Under the pieces are notes generated by a model. It had not been told where the DNA came from. It worked only from the letters and a program-made list of their open reading frames with translations, and did not search any database. This document shows positions 37,902-47,802 of a stretch of DNA of 64,000 bases, one piece after another. The position numbers and the translations under genes are program-made. How positions within the stretch are numbered: position 1 is the first letter of the stretch; each line of letters begins with the position of its first letter. Source of the DNA: Candidatus Peribacteria bacterium (GTDB lineage Bacteria; Patescibacteriota; Gracilibacteria; Peribacterales; Peribacteraceae); assembly GCA_028286915.1 (NCBI GenBank), contig JAQBQQ010000023.1, positions 8,005 through 72,004 of the forward strand, given 5' to 3'.

Positions 37902-39380
37902 ATGAAACACACACACAAACACTTTCTCGTCGCACCGCTATTTGCCGCTCTGGTTTTGGCAACCGTCATAACGCCTGCTTTTGAAGTTCAGTCTCTCACG
38001 GCATCGGTTTTACAGGGGGAGTACGTTGTCGGGCGCAATGATCAGCTTTTGTCTTTCCCGGATAGTGTCCGCTTGCTGGCTGCGAAGGATACGACTATCA
38101 GCATGAATAAAGAGCAGCTGTTTCTGGTACAGGGAACCGCACTTATATACGGAAAATCTCTGGTTCATATCCACACGGGTTCCGCCGATATAGAAGGTTT
38201 GCACGGTGGTTTTTCGGTAACGTCCGATGCCAACTCGCTCACCATTGTAGCGCTCACCACACCGGTGCTGGTGACGATTGGCCGGCAACGGACAATGGTA
38301 CCCGCCGGTCGCCAGTGGAAGACACCTGTGCAGTATTTGCCGGGAATGGATGAAGGACTCAGTCAGTGGCTGGCTGCCCGCCGGACACACCCGTTGCCCG
38401 TCTCATTTTTGGCGGAACAGCTTGTCCGTTTGCATACGTTATCCGATATGTCTGACACTCTGGCAGCTGTGTCCATGGCACAAGAGCAGCAACAGGTATT
38501 TGCGCAGCTGCAGGCGGCCCTTGGTTCCATTACAACGTTACACGAGTTGGTGCGTTCCATTGATGTGCAATCGGATATTCTAAATACGCCGTCATTTGCC
38601 GGCCATCTTGCCGCCTTGCTTCCCGTAGCCAGTGCTCCTGCACAAAAAGAATTAATCGCCGTTCTAAGCCGTCAGTCGGATTTTTGGCTTCTGGCTTCCT
38701 TTCATGCGGATTTTTACGACACGGCCTGGCTTCAGCCTGCATCGTTGGCTGCTCATAGGGAAGATGAGTTTTTGCGTCTGATTTTCTTTCCCGAAGCCGA
38801 TGCCTTCCGCAAGGAAAGTGCCCCAAGCGTGCATGCCCGTTTTGAGTCCGATCTGCAGTACTTTTTGCAGGCAGACAATGCGCCGGCCGCTATGACCCAA
38901 TTATTTACGACCGTACTCCAGGAAGCCGTTGATTCATTGCATGCCCGCGGCTACCCGTACCGGGAAGCATTGTACAATAAAGACATTGTGCAGTTGTCAT
39001 CCGGCTACCTGCCGGAGGAGGAGCATACTGTTGCGCCGGAGGTACAGGAAGAATCAGTACCTTCCGCAGGCGCTGTGTCTGCCGCATCTTCCAGTGTTCC
39101 CGTATGCGCACCGAAGAAAAGTTCAGCCGAACAATTGGCGGCTGTAAAGACTCTGCTTTCGCAGTGGAACGCGCTTCTTACCGTTCACACGGTTATTTCG
39201 GCTACAAATTTAAGCGTTATAAGTGTGCAGAGTGTCGTCATTCCATCCGCATCATCGGGCGATCATTTGTATAATTTTGACGTAGATGTGAGCTGTGGAA
39301 AAGTGCTCAGGATTCAGAAAGAAGGCGTTGATCAGCCGTATGCCTTAACAGTGGAGCAGTTTTGGGCGTGGGCGAAGTAA
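37902..39380 (+). CDS. hypothetical exported protein, N-terminal FecR-like beta region
   Basis: Signal peptide/TM; SVRLLAAKDT...LVQGTA; no clear family for the rest. Confidence 0.7.
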   Translation: MKHTHKHFLVAPLFAALVLATVITPAFEVQSLTASVLQGEYVVGRNDQLLSFPDSVRLLAAKDTTISMNKEQLFLVQGTALIYGKSLVHIHTGSADIEGLHGGFSVTSDANSLTIVALTTPVLVTIGRQRTMVPAGRQWKTPVQYLPGMDEGLSQWLAARRTHPLPVSFLAEQLVRLHTLSDMSDTLAAVSMAQEQQQVFAQLQAALGSITTLHELVRSIDVQSDILNTPSFAGHLAALLPVASAPAQKELIAVLSRQSDFWLLASFHADFYDTAWLQPASLAAHREDEFLRLIFFPEADAFRKESAPSVHARFESDLQYFLQADNAPAAMTQLFTTVLQEAVDSLHARGYPYREALYNKDIVQLSSGYLPEEEHTVAPEVQEESVPSAGAVSAASSSVPVCAPKKSSAEQLAAVKTLLSQWNALLTVHTVISATNLSVISVQSVVIPSASSGDHLYNFDVDVSCGKVLRIQKEGVDQPYALTVEQFWAWAK

Positions 39381-39390
39381 TCCGCGGCTA

Positions 39391-40086
39391 TCAGCGGATT
39401 ATTATTTTGTCATACTGCTCATCCATAAACGTATTCTGGTAGTGCACAATTGCCAGGTGATCAATGGTAAGCGAGCCGATGGTAAAGCCCTGCAGTGATT
39501 CACAGGTAGCTTTCACAGCCAGCCGGTCGGATGCCGACAAGCCGGGACGCAGCCTGCCGAGGGTAATTTTTTTTGTCCGGCTCCCGAATTTTTCCTGGCT
39601 AAAACCGGTAATGGAACTGATGGCATCCCGCAATTCTTCCAGCTTGGGCGAATCCGAAACCCGAATGGACACAGATCCCATCCCCAGTACGCCAATACCC
39701 TGTAAGTCCAAAGTGAATGTTCCAACGGCATGCAGCGCTTCTTCCAGGCAACTTATCTGGCTCTCGCGGAGCGGCCACGCATCGGCACCGTAGTCGCCGG
39801 GCGTGAGCAGTCCATAGACAGAAAAGTGAAATGCCTCGGGTTGTTTGCGCCATTCTATGGTTGCACTGCTGCCATGGGCGGCCAGCGTACGATCCACCGC
39901 TTTCTGGGCAATGGTCATGCTTTCTACCAGTGCCTGCGGCAGGGGACAGCCGACAATGGCGGAAATGCCGGGCCGTTGCAGCATGTCTTTCTGCTGATTC
40001 CGTTCCAGATTTTGGTTGATACGCTCAATAGGCAATGTCCAGAATTCATTGGTCCGTACCGCTGCATCAAAATGGTTAAAGGTCAT
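39391..40086 (-). CDS. 2H-phosphoesterase-like (2'-5' RNA ligase fold) protein
   Basis: AFHFSV first motif; second motif degenerate (KKITLGR). Confidence 0.5.
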   Translation of the reverse strand: MTFNHFDAAVRTNEFWTLPIERINQNLERNQQKDMLQRPGISAIVGCPLPQALVESMTIAQKAVDRTLAAHGSSATIEWRKQPEAFHFSVYGLLTPGDYGADAWPLRESQISCLEEALHAVGTFTLDLQGIGVLGMGSVSIRVSDSPKLEELRDAISSITGFSQEKFGSRTKKITLGRLRPGLSASDRLAVKATCESLQGFTIGSLTIDHLAIVHYQNTFMDEQYDKIIIR

Positions 40087-40313
40087 GGGGCAGGATGATA
40101 GCACGAAAATAGAAAAAGAGTTTCACGATTGTGGGCAATAGCTGAGAATATTTTCAATTGATTGCTTCGAAGTGGATTTTGGAGTTCTTTATATTAGTTT
40201 TTGTGATTTCGGTAGCGCATCATGGCTGTTTACTGAGCTGCCAAACATCTATCAGGCGATTCGCGATATTCGTATTCTATGGGCACAAATCGTATAGATC
40301 AATTATATAGGGA

Positions 40314-40347
40314 AACCTAGTCGCTACATTGCTGCAGCGACTAGGTA
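40314..40347 (-). terminator. hairpin, probable terminator
   Basis: acctagtcgct...agcgactaggt downstream of the CDF gene. Confidence 0.55.
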
Positions 40348-40375
40348 TGGCTTCACATGATATTGGGCTACTGAA

Positions 40376-41287
40376 TCATTTAGTGACGGGCTCCATCTTC
40401 GTATCGAACGGCTCCATATGAATTGAGCCATCAGCGTAAAAAGGCATTGCCTTCCTGAAAGCGCTTTTGACTTTTCCACTAATTTTATGAGCCTCTATTA
40501 ATGAAATATTGCCGTTCATCTGAATATGGATATCCACATAATATTGCGTGCCCCTACGGAGAACGCGTAGTTTTTCAACCGTCTGCACTTCCTTTACAGA
40601 CAAAGCTGCTTTATGGAATGTATCTACAATATCCTGAGAGGGCATGCGGTCCATGAGCTCATTAAGTGCGGGGAGCAGTAAGAGAATAGCATTAATAACA
40701 ATGACAAAAGCTGCAATGAGCGATGCCCAGTCATCCGCAGACTCCCATCCGCGTCCTCCTATGATAGCAATGGAAATACCAATAAAAGCTGCTCCCGAGC
40801 TAATTGCATCACTGCGGTGGTGCCATGCATCCGTCTTTACTACCTGGCTGCCTGTTTCCTTTCCAACGGCAGACACCCGGCGGAACATAAATTCCTTTAT
40901 CAAGATGACGATAAGCAGAACAGCAAGAGTATAAGCCGCAGGTGATTCATGAGGGATAAGTGCTTCGTGGATAGCGGAGAAGGCTGTAAATACAGCCATC
41001 CCCACAAGAGTCAGCGAAACAGCTGCAGCTGCAATGGCTTCTGCCTTACCATGGCCGAATGGATGATCGTGGTCAGGCGGGGAGGCAGAAACTTTCAAGC
41101 CTCCTAATACAAAGATGGAAGATATAATATCCGTACTTGATTCAATGCCATCGGCAATAAGCGCATAGGAATGGCCAAAGATACCAGCGGTAAATTTTCC
41201 TGCAGCCATTGCAAAGTTCACTGCCAGCCCCATCTGAGTTGAGCTAATGCTGCGGTCAGTAGTCTTCATGAATGAAGTCTGTTTCAT
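40376..41287 (-). CDS. cation diffusion facilitator (FieF-like) transporter
   Basis: SYALIADGIES, PPDHDHPFGHGKAE, DAWHHRSD, ELMD, IHMEP. Confidence 0.92.
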   Translation of the reverse strand: MKQTSFMKTTDRSISSTQMGLAVNFAMAAGKFTAGIFGHSYALIADGIESSTDIISSIFVLGGLKVSASPPDHDHPFGHGKAEAIAAAAVSLTLVGMAVFTAFSAIHEALIPHESPAAYTLAVLLIVILIKEFMFRRVSAVGKETGSQVVKTDAWHHRSDAISSGAAFIGISIAIIGGRGWESADDWASLIAAFVIVINAILLLLPALNELMDRMPSQDIVDTFHKAALSVKEVQTVEKLRVLRRGTQYYVDIHIQMNGNISLIEAHKISGKVKSAFRKAMPFYADGSIHMEPFDTKMEPVTK

Positions 41288-41467
41288 ACAGGCCGGGTTT
41301 GTAAACCTTTCTTCTGGATATTTTATATCTAATATTTTTTAGCCGGCTCGTAAGAACCTTATGCGATAGCAAGAAGCGGTATAATTACTATAAAGCGACG
41401 CTTGTATGTTTTCCCAGATAAGATGTAGAAAAAACTGCTTCCAAAAAAGCGTTGATACAGGCAGGAA

Positions 41468-41800
41468 TTAGTAAATCTTTTTCTTTTGTACAAAATATAA
41501 AACAACCATAGCTACAAGAAGAGTGGCGATTGAGACAATGCTCCAAAATAGAATCGGATTATTTTCTTCCAGCTTATGACCTGCCTCTAATTTCTGATAA
41601 GCTTCGTGCCCCAGTAATTTTTCTTCGGCAGCCTCAATTTCTTTATGGGCTTGCGATGACTTTTCACTGGATACAGTATCTTGCTGAGCTTGTTCCTGTT
41701 GTTCATGTGCTTTCGTATGATCCTCTTCGGCAGATGAAGAAATTGGATGCGCAAATCCAAGTAAAAGAATAAAGAAAGTGATAGTGGTTAGTTTTTTCAT
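41468..41800 (-). CDS. hypothetical exported protein, His/Glu-rich, C-terminal TM anchor
   Basis: Signal peptide, C-terminal hydrophobic segment plus KKK; AT-rich. Confidence 0.6.
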   Translation of the reverse strand: MKKLTTITFFILLLGFAHPISSSAEEDHTKAHEQQEQAQQDTVSSEKSSQAHKEIEAAEEKLLGHEAYQKLEAGHKLEENNPILFWSIVSIATLLVAMVVLYFVQKKKIY

Positions 41801-41903
41801 TTTAGAAAGAAAGGAGAACTATTAAACGAAAGAAAATAGCGGATAAGAAAGGGCATCAGCTGAAGGCTTATTGTCATTAAAGCTATGTCTGCATTCTCTA
41901 TTT

Positions 41904-41980
41904 TGGTGGGCGATAATGGACTTGAACCATTGACCTCGACATTATCAGTGTCGCGCTCTAACCAGCTGAGCTAATCGCCC
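41904..41980 (-). tRNA. tRNA-Ile (GAT)
   Basis: GGGCGATTAGCTCAGCTGGTTAGAGCGCGACACTGATAATGTCGAGGTCAATGGTTCAAGTCCATTATCGCCCACCA. Confidence 0.96.
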
Positions 41981-42001
41981 TTGGTGTGTAAAATATAGTA
42001 C

Positions 42002-42035
42002 GGCTTGCCCAACGAAGCCCAGAGGCGAATTTGGG
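42002..42035 (+). repeat. imperfect palindrome of the tRNA-associated family
   Basis: ggcttg-cccaac-gaa-gcc-caga-ggc-gaa-tttggg. Confidence 0.6.
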
Positions 42036-42079
42036 AGCAGAAGGAGGGTACGAATGTTTGCCGGACAGGTCAATAGTTA

Positions 42080-42424
42080 TTATTGCTGGATTCCGGACCT
42101 GGCCGCGTCCACTTTCTGCTGTACCAGTATATCAGAATGCTGCTTATAGCAGGTTTTTAGGTCTGTTAATGGCGTGCCGGCGTCCATGCATTCCTGCATT
42201 GCCTGCTTGCGTACACTGTCCACGTATCCACGAATTGCGTCCGCCTGGCGCTGGCTGACGTCTTTTTTAGCGATTTTTACGAACTTAGGCTGAACTTTTG
42301 CCACTGCTTCTTTGGCAGCCTGAGCTTTTATTTTATTCTCCTGCACCTTTTTGTAACTGGTGGCGGAAGCAAAAGAAGGTGAGAGTAAAGACAGGGAAAT
42401 AAGGAAAGAGAGCAGAATTTTCAT
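42080..42424 (-). CDS. hypothetical secreted protein
   Basis: Signal peptide MKILLSFLISLSLLSPSFASA; one Cys pair. Confidence 0.65.
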   Translation of the reverse strand: MKILLSFLISLSLLSPSFASATSYKKVQENKIKAQAAKEAVAKVQPKFVKIAKKDVSQRQADAIRGYVDSVRKQAMQECMDAGTPLTDLKTCYKQHSDILVQQKVDAARSGIQQ

Positions 42425-42522
42425 GGAGGAGAGGGGAACATGCCGATTGTACGATGAAATACTTCAAAGCCATAGGAAATACCCGGCTTCCCGGTTGCGG
42501 TTCCGGCAGAATAGTCGGCCAG

Positions 42523-43452
42523 CTACTTCTTGTAGATTTCCGTCACGCTCATGCCGCTCTCTATGTGTTTGATTACTTTGGCCAGAAGCGGAGCGATGGA
42601 CAGAACGACCAGTCCTGGAAAGGCATTTGCATCATTGGGGATACTGTCCGTTACCACAACCTCTTTAAATGCAGCCTGCGTAAGCCTTTCCGCAGCCGGG
42701 CCGGAGAAAACGCCGTGGCTGGCGGCGGCGTAGACATCCGGGTGGGCACCGCGGGCAATGAGTGCGCTTTTGGCGGAAAGGAGTGTACCGGCCGTATCGA
42801 TGATATCGTCAAACAGAATGCAGGTTTTGCCTTGTACATCACCTACCACTTCCAGTACTTCCGTCTGATGATGACCGGGGCGATTTTTATGCAGAATAGC
42901 AAGTTCGGCGCCAATGCTGTCGGCCAGACGCTTGGCCCGCTTGGCCCCGCCAACGTCCGGTGCAACTACCACTGGCGACGTAAGATTCTTGGATGCAAAG
43001 TAATCGGTAAAAATGGACCGGCCGGAAAGTGCATCTGCCGGAATGGAGAAGAAGCCCTGAATCTGATCCGAATGAAGATCCAGAATCATGACATGGTCGG
43101 CGCCCGATACTTCCAGCAAGTGAGCCATTAACTGTGCCGAAATAGGTTCGCGCGGTTCGGCTACCCGGTCCTGACGCGCGTAGGGCAGGTGCGGCATAAT
43201 GACATGTACCGTACGGGCAAAGCTGAGCTTGGCTGCCTGGCACATGAGGAATAATTCCATACTGTCTTCATTCGGATTGCGCGTGCCGGTTTGCAGAATA
43301 TAGACGTCGCGCCCGCGGATGGATTCATCAAATTTTACATAGCTTTCACCGCAGCTGAATTTTTTGATAGTCACGGCACCAAGTTCTGTGTTCAATTCCT
43401 TTGCCAGAGCTTTGGCCAGTGCCGGGTGTGATGAACCTGCAAATATGTGCAT
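42523..43452 (-). CDS. prs: ribose-phosphate pyrophosphokinase
   Basis: ESIRGRDV, PYARQDR, DLHSDQIQGFF, VAPDVGG, DDIIDTAGT. Confidence 0.97.
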   Translation of the reverse strand: MHIFAGSSHPALAKALAKELNTELGAVTIKKFSCGESYVKFDESIRGRDVYILQTGTRNPNEDSMELFLMCQAAKLSFARTVHVIMPHLPYARQDRVAEPREPISAQLMAHLLEVSGADHVMILDLHSDQIQGFFSIPADALSGRSIFTDYFASKNLTSPVVVAPDVGGAKRAKRLADSIGAELAILHKNRPGHHQTEVLEVVGDVQGKTCILFDDIIDTAGTLLSAKSALIARGAHPDVYAAASHGVFSGPAAERLTQAAFKEVVVTDSIPNDANAFPGLVVLSIAPLLAKVIKHIESGMSVTEIYKK

Positions 43453-43608
43453 ATTGTTTCTATTATACTCTTTTTAAGCTGAATTTGCACCTGATTTACG
43501 GAGCGTGTGGAATGCATGACGCAGTATGTGTCATTTTACCATGTGCTCCTTGTCACCTGCTATATGTCTCGGTTGTATCTCCCGGCATTCCCGTGCATTA
43601 TTCATGCT

Positions 43609-44142
43609 ATGCAGCTTCGTTTTACCACGGTTCTTGGCACGGCAGTTGTAGATGAAACGACACAGGAGGAGCTGGGCGTACTGTCGGGCATTCTTATTCA
43701 CCCGGACACGGGGAAAATTGAAGGCTTTTTTGTAGCTGTAAAATCGTTTTTTCATAGCGAGTACTTGTTTCTTTCGGTGCTTGATATCCGTTCATGGGGG
43801 TTGCGCGTGCAGGTGGCGAATCATAACGCCCTCAGCCCGTTCGAGGACCGCGTCCGTCTGCAGCCATTACTGGAAGATCAGCGTACTATTTTGGGCCAGC
43901 GCATCCGGACGGAAAGCGGTGTGAATATGGGCCGCTGCAAAGATATTCAATTTGATACCAGGTTTTTCCAGATTGAATGGCTGTTCCCGAAAAAGTGGGG
44001 CCGCTGGCGCATACCGTTTCCGCTGGGTGAAATTATTGAAGTCCGGCGTGACGCTATCATTATCAAAGATCAAAAACCGGTAAAAGCCGGGACCGAACCG
44101 GTGGAGCAGCCGGCCATGTTGAAGATGCCGGATATAGCGTAG
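43609..44142 (+). CDS. PRC-barrel domain protein (two barrels)
   Basis: LGVLSGILIHPDTGKI and ILGQRIRTESGVNMGRCKDIQFD repeats. Confidence 0.7.
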   Translation: MQLRFTTVLGTAVVDETTQEELGVLSGILIHPDTGKIEGFFVAVKSFFHSEYLFLSVLDIRSWGLRVQVANHNALSPFEDRVRLQPLLEDQRTILGQRIRTESGVNMGRCKDIQFDTRFFQIEWLFPKKWGRWRIPFPLGEIIEVRRDAIIIKDQKPVKAGTEPVEQPAMLKMPDIA

Positions 44143-44221
44143 CAAGTGAGTAATTTGCCAGCCGTCGCTCTTTAAGAGCTATGGCCGGTAAATACCTGCG
44201 GGTCATATATAAAAATGAAAT

Positions 44222-44248
44222 AAAAAAGCGCGACCGGGGCCGCGCTTT
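44222..44248 (-). terminator. intrinsic terminator of the pilin gene
   Basis: aaaaaagcgcg-accggggc-cgcgcttt. Confidence 0.65.
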
Positions 44249-44267
44249 CATTGAATGCTTAACAAGA

Positions 44268-44675
44268 TTAACCAACACCCAGGAAGCCGGGGACAGTGCC
44301 GGTAACGAAACCGACAATAACACGGGCGAACAGAATGACAATGAGACCGATGACGACGTAGAGGATTGTCTTCTTGGCCTTCTCCCTCTGTTCTTCTTCG
44401 CCCTGCGATACAATGAGGCGGATACCGGCGATGATGATAAAGATGACAGCGATCAGACCCATAAGGTCCAGTACAAAGGTGAGAATTTTGACGATGGTCT
44501 CCTTGATACCTGCGGGACCTGTAGTGCTACAGGGAGGAATACCGGGGATATTTTCACCACAAGGATCCAGTGCATTGCCTCCGCCAACAGTGGCGGCAAA
44601 AACCGTAGAAACTCCGGTAAGCATGGCCGATGCAGCCATGAAGCTCCGGTAAGAAATTTTTTCTGAGAGAGTCAT
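44268..44675 (-). CDS. CPR-type pilin (TrbC/VirB2-like T4SS pilin)
   Basis: Signal, Cys loop, IAVIFIIIAGIRLIVSQGEEEQREKAKKTILYVVIGLIVI. Confidence 0.85.
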   Translation of the reverse strand: MTLSEKISYRSFMAASAMLTGVSTVFAATVGGGNALDPCGENIPGIPPCSTTGPAGIKETIVKILTFVLDLMGLIAVIFIIIAGIRLIVSQGEEEQREKAKKTILYVVIGLIVILFARVIVGFVTGTVPGFLGVG

Positions 44676-44840
44676 GAGAAAAAGAGGGGAATTGGGACTA
44701 TTGTTACTGATAGGTAGTACTGCTCGCAAGGAATACGGGGAAAGCAGCGGGGGACTGATATGGAAAAATGTGATGCTATAGTACTATTGTGGGCTTAGTA
44801 GGTAGTAGTAAGTAGTACGATTATGTACTGTGTTTTATTT

Positions 44841-45398
44841 TTAGGATCGGTTGCTTAAAAATCCTACGCCAATGAGCAGGAAAGCGGGCAGGGCAAACCA
44901 AAGATCCTGGTTTAAGATCATGAGTTGCATGAGCTGGCTCTGTTGGATGAGCGGCGAGACAGCGGCGCTTTGAGCCAGTGCCATATCCAATAATGGCACG
45001 CCGGCTACAAAGGTGAGCAGTGTGGAAATCAGCAGGCCGGCGGTGGCAAAACCGAAAATACCGGTGAGTGCGCCATTGATAATGCTGCTTTCCTCTTTAA
45101 GGTAGACCACCTGCACGCCGCCGCGAACGGCCAGAAACAGAATAATGACAACAAAGAAGAAGAGTTTGATCATGGAAATGATCTGCGTGTTCATGATCAG
45201 GCCGAACGTAGACCAGATAATTTCCAGATCCGCATTGAAACGCAGTAGTAAACTGCCAATGCCCTGTACGGCTACAATGGCAATGTATGTGCCCAGAATA
45301 ATCTTTACCGCCTCTTTTTTCCCTATAATAAATGTATAGGTCATAATGAGGGCAAAGAACACGATGATGAACAAGTCCCAGCTAAGCGTGACGTACAT
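44841..45398 (-). CDS. conserved hypothetical membrane protein
   Basis: LSWDLFIIVFF...; about 5 TM helices. Confidence 0.7.
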   Translation of the reverse strand: MYVTLSWDLFIIVFFALIMTYTFIIGKKEAVKIILGTYIAIVAVQGIGSLLLRFNADLEIIWSTFGLIMNTQIISMIKLFFFVVIILFLAVRGGVQVVYLKEESSIINGALTGIFGFATAGLLISTLLTFVAGVPLLDMALAQSAAVSPLIQQSQLMQLMILNQDLWFALPAFLLIGVGFLSNRS

Positions 45399-45588
45399 AT
45401 GGAGGATTTTAGTGATGTGCTTTGGTTTATGCTAATAATGGCACTTGTTTGGTTGTCATTTTGGTTTACTAGTTGATTGGTTAATTGGAGCTTCTCATAG
45501 CTATCCAATCAACCATTTAACCAATTAGCTAATCAACTTTATTTTATATCTGTTCACTTCCAAGGTTTTCCCCCACAATACCTCTCCT

Positions 45589-46446
45589 ATGAGACATGGT
45601 TTTCTCCTCATCGATAAGTCCGTTGGCCCTACCAGCCACGATATTGTGGGGCAGGCGCGGCGCGTATTGCACGAAAAAAGCATTGGGCACCTGGGTACGC
45701 TGGATCCGGCGGCTTCGGGTTTGATGGTTCTGGCCGTGGGCAAAAAGGCGCTTAAAGTTGTAGAGCTTTTTGTGGGTCTGGATAAAGAATACGAGGCGGC
45801 CGTGAAGCTGGGCGCCGTGAGTTCCACGTATGACCGTGACGGCATTATTGATGAATCCACTGTTCCCATGGGTTGGACTGTTCCGGAGGAGGCGATTGTG
45901 CGCCGGACGATAGCAGACCGGTTCACGGGAACAATTTCGCAGGTGCCACCGGCGCATTCGGCAGTGAAGATTGATGGCCGGCGGGCGTATGACATGGCGC
46001 GCAAAGGGCAGGAAGTCATTATTGCTCCGCGCGAGGTGACTATTCTGGAATGCAGTGTTTTGAATTACGCCTACCCGCAGTTGGATCTGCGTATTCGTTC
46101 CAGTTCCGGGACATATATCCGGTCTCTGGCGCACGACTTGGGACAGGTGCTGCACTGCGGCGGTTATCTGGCCGCTTTGCGACGGACCAAAGTGGGAGCC
46201 TGGACTGTAGCCGATGCCGTCCAGTCCGATGCCGTTACCTGGTCGGATGTTTTTCCGCTGAAAGAAGTACTGGCAGGGCTGCCGCGTTTGGATGTGTCTG
46301 ATGATGAATACCAGAATATGCAGCACGGCAAAGATCTGCCGTATACGATTGATGCACTCACTATCGCCTGGCATGCAGGCTTACCGGTTGCCGTACTGGA
46401 GCATGGTAAGCAGGAGGGGACGGTGCATGCGAGGAAAGTGTTTTAA
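45589..46446 (+). CDS. truB: tRNA pseudouridine(55) synthase
   Basis: GHLGTLDPAASG, QVPPAHSAVKIDGRRAY, SSGTYIRSLAHDLG, LRRTKVG. Confidence 0.97.
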   Translation: MRHGFLLIDKSVGPTSHDIVGQARRVLHEKSIGHLGTLDPAASGLMVLAVGKKALKVVELFVGLDKEYEAAVKLGAVSSTYDRDGIIDESTVPMGWTVPEEAIVRRTIADRFTGTISQVPPAHSAVKIDGRRAYDMARKGQEVIIAPREVTILECSVLNYAYPQLDLRIRSSSGTYIRSLAHDLGQVLHCGGYLAALRRTKVGAWTVADAVQSDAVTWSDVFPLKEVLAGLPRLDVSDDEYQNMQHGKDLPYTIDALTIAWHAGLPVAVLEHGKQEGTVHARKVF

Positions 46447-46495
46447 GGGAAAGAGACATAAACGATGCATGAACATTTTTCTTGTTTTGTTTGTC

Positions 46496-47131
46496 TCACT
46501 TGCTTCTCTTATGTTTGATGTACTCGTACACCGGTGGCAACAGCGACAGTGCAATAATAGCCAGAATGACGTACGAGAAATTTTTCTCCACGCTGGGGAT
46601 AGTGCCAAAGAAGTAGCCGCTGCCAAGAAATAGACCTACCCATAGGATGCCGCCGACAATATTGTATGTAATGAACGTTGTGTAATTCATGGCGCCAATA
46701 CCGGCCACGAACGGAGCGAATGTACGGATAATAGGAATGAACCGCGCAATAATAATAGTTTTGGTTCCGTATTTTGCATAAAAGTCCTGCGCTTTTTGCA
46801 GGTGATCCGCGCGCAACCACTTATGGTTCCGGGTAAAGACCTTTGGGCCGAGCGCCCGGCCGATAGCGTAGTTCATCGTGTCGCCCAGAATGGCTGCCGC
46901 TGCCAACAGAATAAAAAGAACTACAATATTGAATGATCCTTTGGCGGCAAATGTCCCGGCTGCGAATAGTAAAGAGTCACCGGGAAGAAACGGCATAATG
47001 ACCAGGCCGGTTTCTACAAGGATAATCAAAAATAACAGTGCATATGTCAGAGCCCCATATTGGGCAATGACTGTTTCCAGGTGTTTATCCAAATGCAAGA
47101 AGAGATCGACGAGAATGGAGAGGAAGTGCAT
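46496..47131 (-). CDS. dedA: DedA family membrane protein
   Basis: ETGLVIMPFLPGDSLLFAAG, ARFIPIIRTFAPFVAG. Confidence 0.93.
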   Translation of the reverse strand: MHFLSILVDLFLHLDKHLETVIAQYGALTYALLFLIILVETGLVIMPFLPGDSLLFAAGTFAAKGSFNIVVLFILLAAAAILGDTMNYAIGRALGPKVFTRNHKWLRADHLQKAQDFYAKYGTKTIIIARFIPIIRTFAPFVAGIGAMNYTTFITYNIVGGILWVGLFLGSGYFFGTIPSVEKNFSYVILAIIALSLLPPVYEYIKHKRSK

Positions 47132-47201
47132 GGGAAATATGAAAAATAAGTGATTGCATGGTACTGGTTTACGGTAGATGCCGACAGGGTGTTTATTTGT
47201 A

Positions 47202-47453
47202 TCAAATTGATTTTTTCTTCAAAAGCTCTATTTTCTGCGCCCGCGCCCATCGCTTTACCTCATATTCCCGTTTCCGCGCCTCGGATAATGTCTCATATTC
47301 TTCTGAATAAATAATCTTCACCGGCCGGCGGCTGCGGGTGTATTTGGCGCCCGTTCCATCATTGTGTTTTGCCTCTCTGGCCGCAAGATCCAGACATGTG
47401 CCGCTATAGAGCGTTTTGTCGCGGCAACGGGCGATATAAAAGAAATGAGGCAT
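47202..47453 (-). CDS. small GIY-YIG nuclease (UPF0213/YhbQ-like)
   Basis: FFYIARCRDKTLYSG, HNDGTGAKYTRSRRPV, ARKREYEVKRW. Confidence 0.9.
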   Translation of the reverse strand: MPHFFYIARCRDKTLYSGTCLDLAAREAKHNDGTGAKYTRSRRPVKIIYSEEYETLSEARKREYEVKRWARAQKIELLKKKSI

Positions 47454-47548
47454 AACCGCATTCTACCGCACACGCATACAAAATTCTTATTGTGGAGCAG
47501 TGGCTCTGTTTGCTATTGTCTGCACCTCCACAAGGGTTATATACAAAT

Positions 47549-47623
47549 GGGACAGTAGCTCAGTGGTAGAGCAGTTGCCTCTTAAGCAATTGGCCGCGGG
47601 TTCAAATCCCGCCTGTCCCACCA
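47549..47623 (+). tRNA. tRNA-Lys (CTT)
   Basis: GGGACAGTAGCTCAGTGGTAGAGCAGTTGCCTCTTAAGCAATTGGCCGCGGGTTCAAATCCCGCCTGTCCCACCA. Confidence 0.95.
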
Positions 47624-47717
47624 TCCTTCGCGCAGCGAAGGATGCCGTCCGTAGTTCCTGAGCCTAAGTATATCATTCATTTCCGAAACTGCTGCGCTAC
47701 GAATGGCGAGCCATCAG
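47621..47717 (+). repeat. CCA-anchored palindromic trailer element
   Basis: CCATCC-TTC-GCGCAGC...GCTGCGC-TAC-GAATGG-CGAGCCATCAG. Confidence 0.75.
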
Positions 47718-47802
47718 GAACGATGGTTTATTTACATGCCGTTATATTACCACCTTAAAAAATAGATCCCAAAACTCACAACTCAAGCTTCGAGACTCGC
47801 GT

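Noticed and set aside
44181..44666. 161-aa acidic plus-strand ORF
   Set aside because: Antisense to the pilin gene, whose hydrophobic codons give acidic-looking reverse translations.
45544..46374. 276-aa minus-strand ORF
   Set aside because: Antisense shadow of truB.
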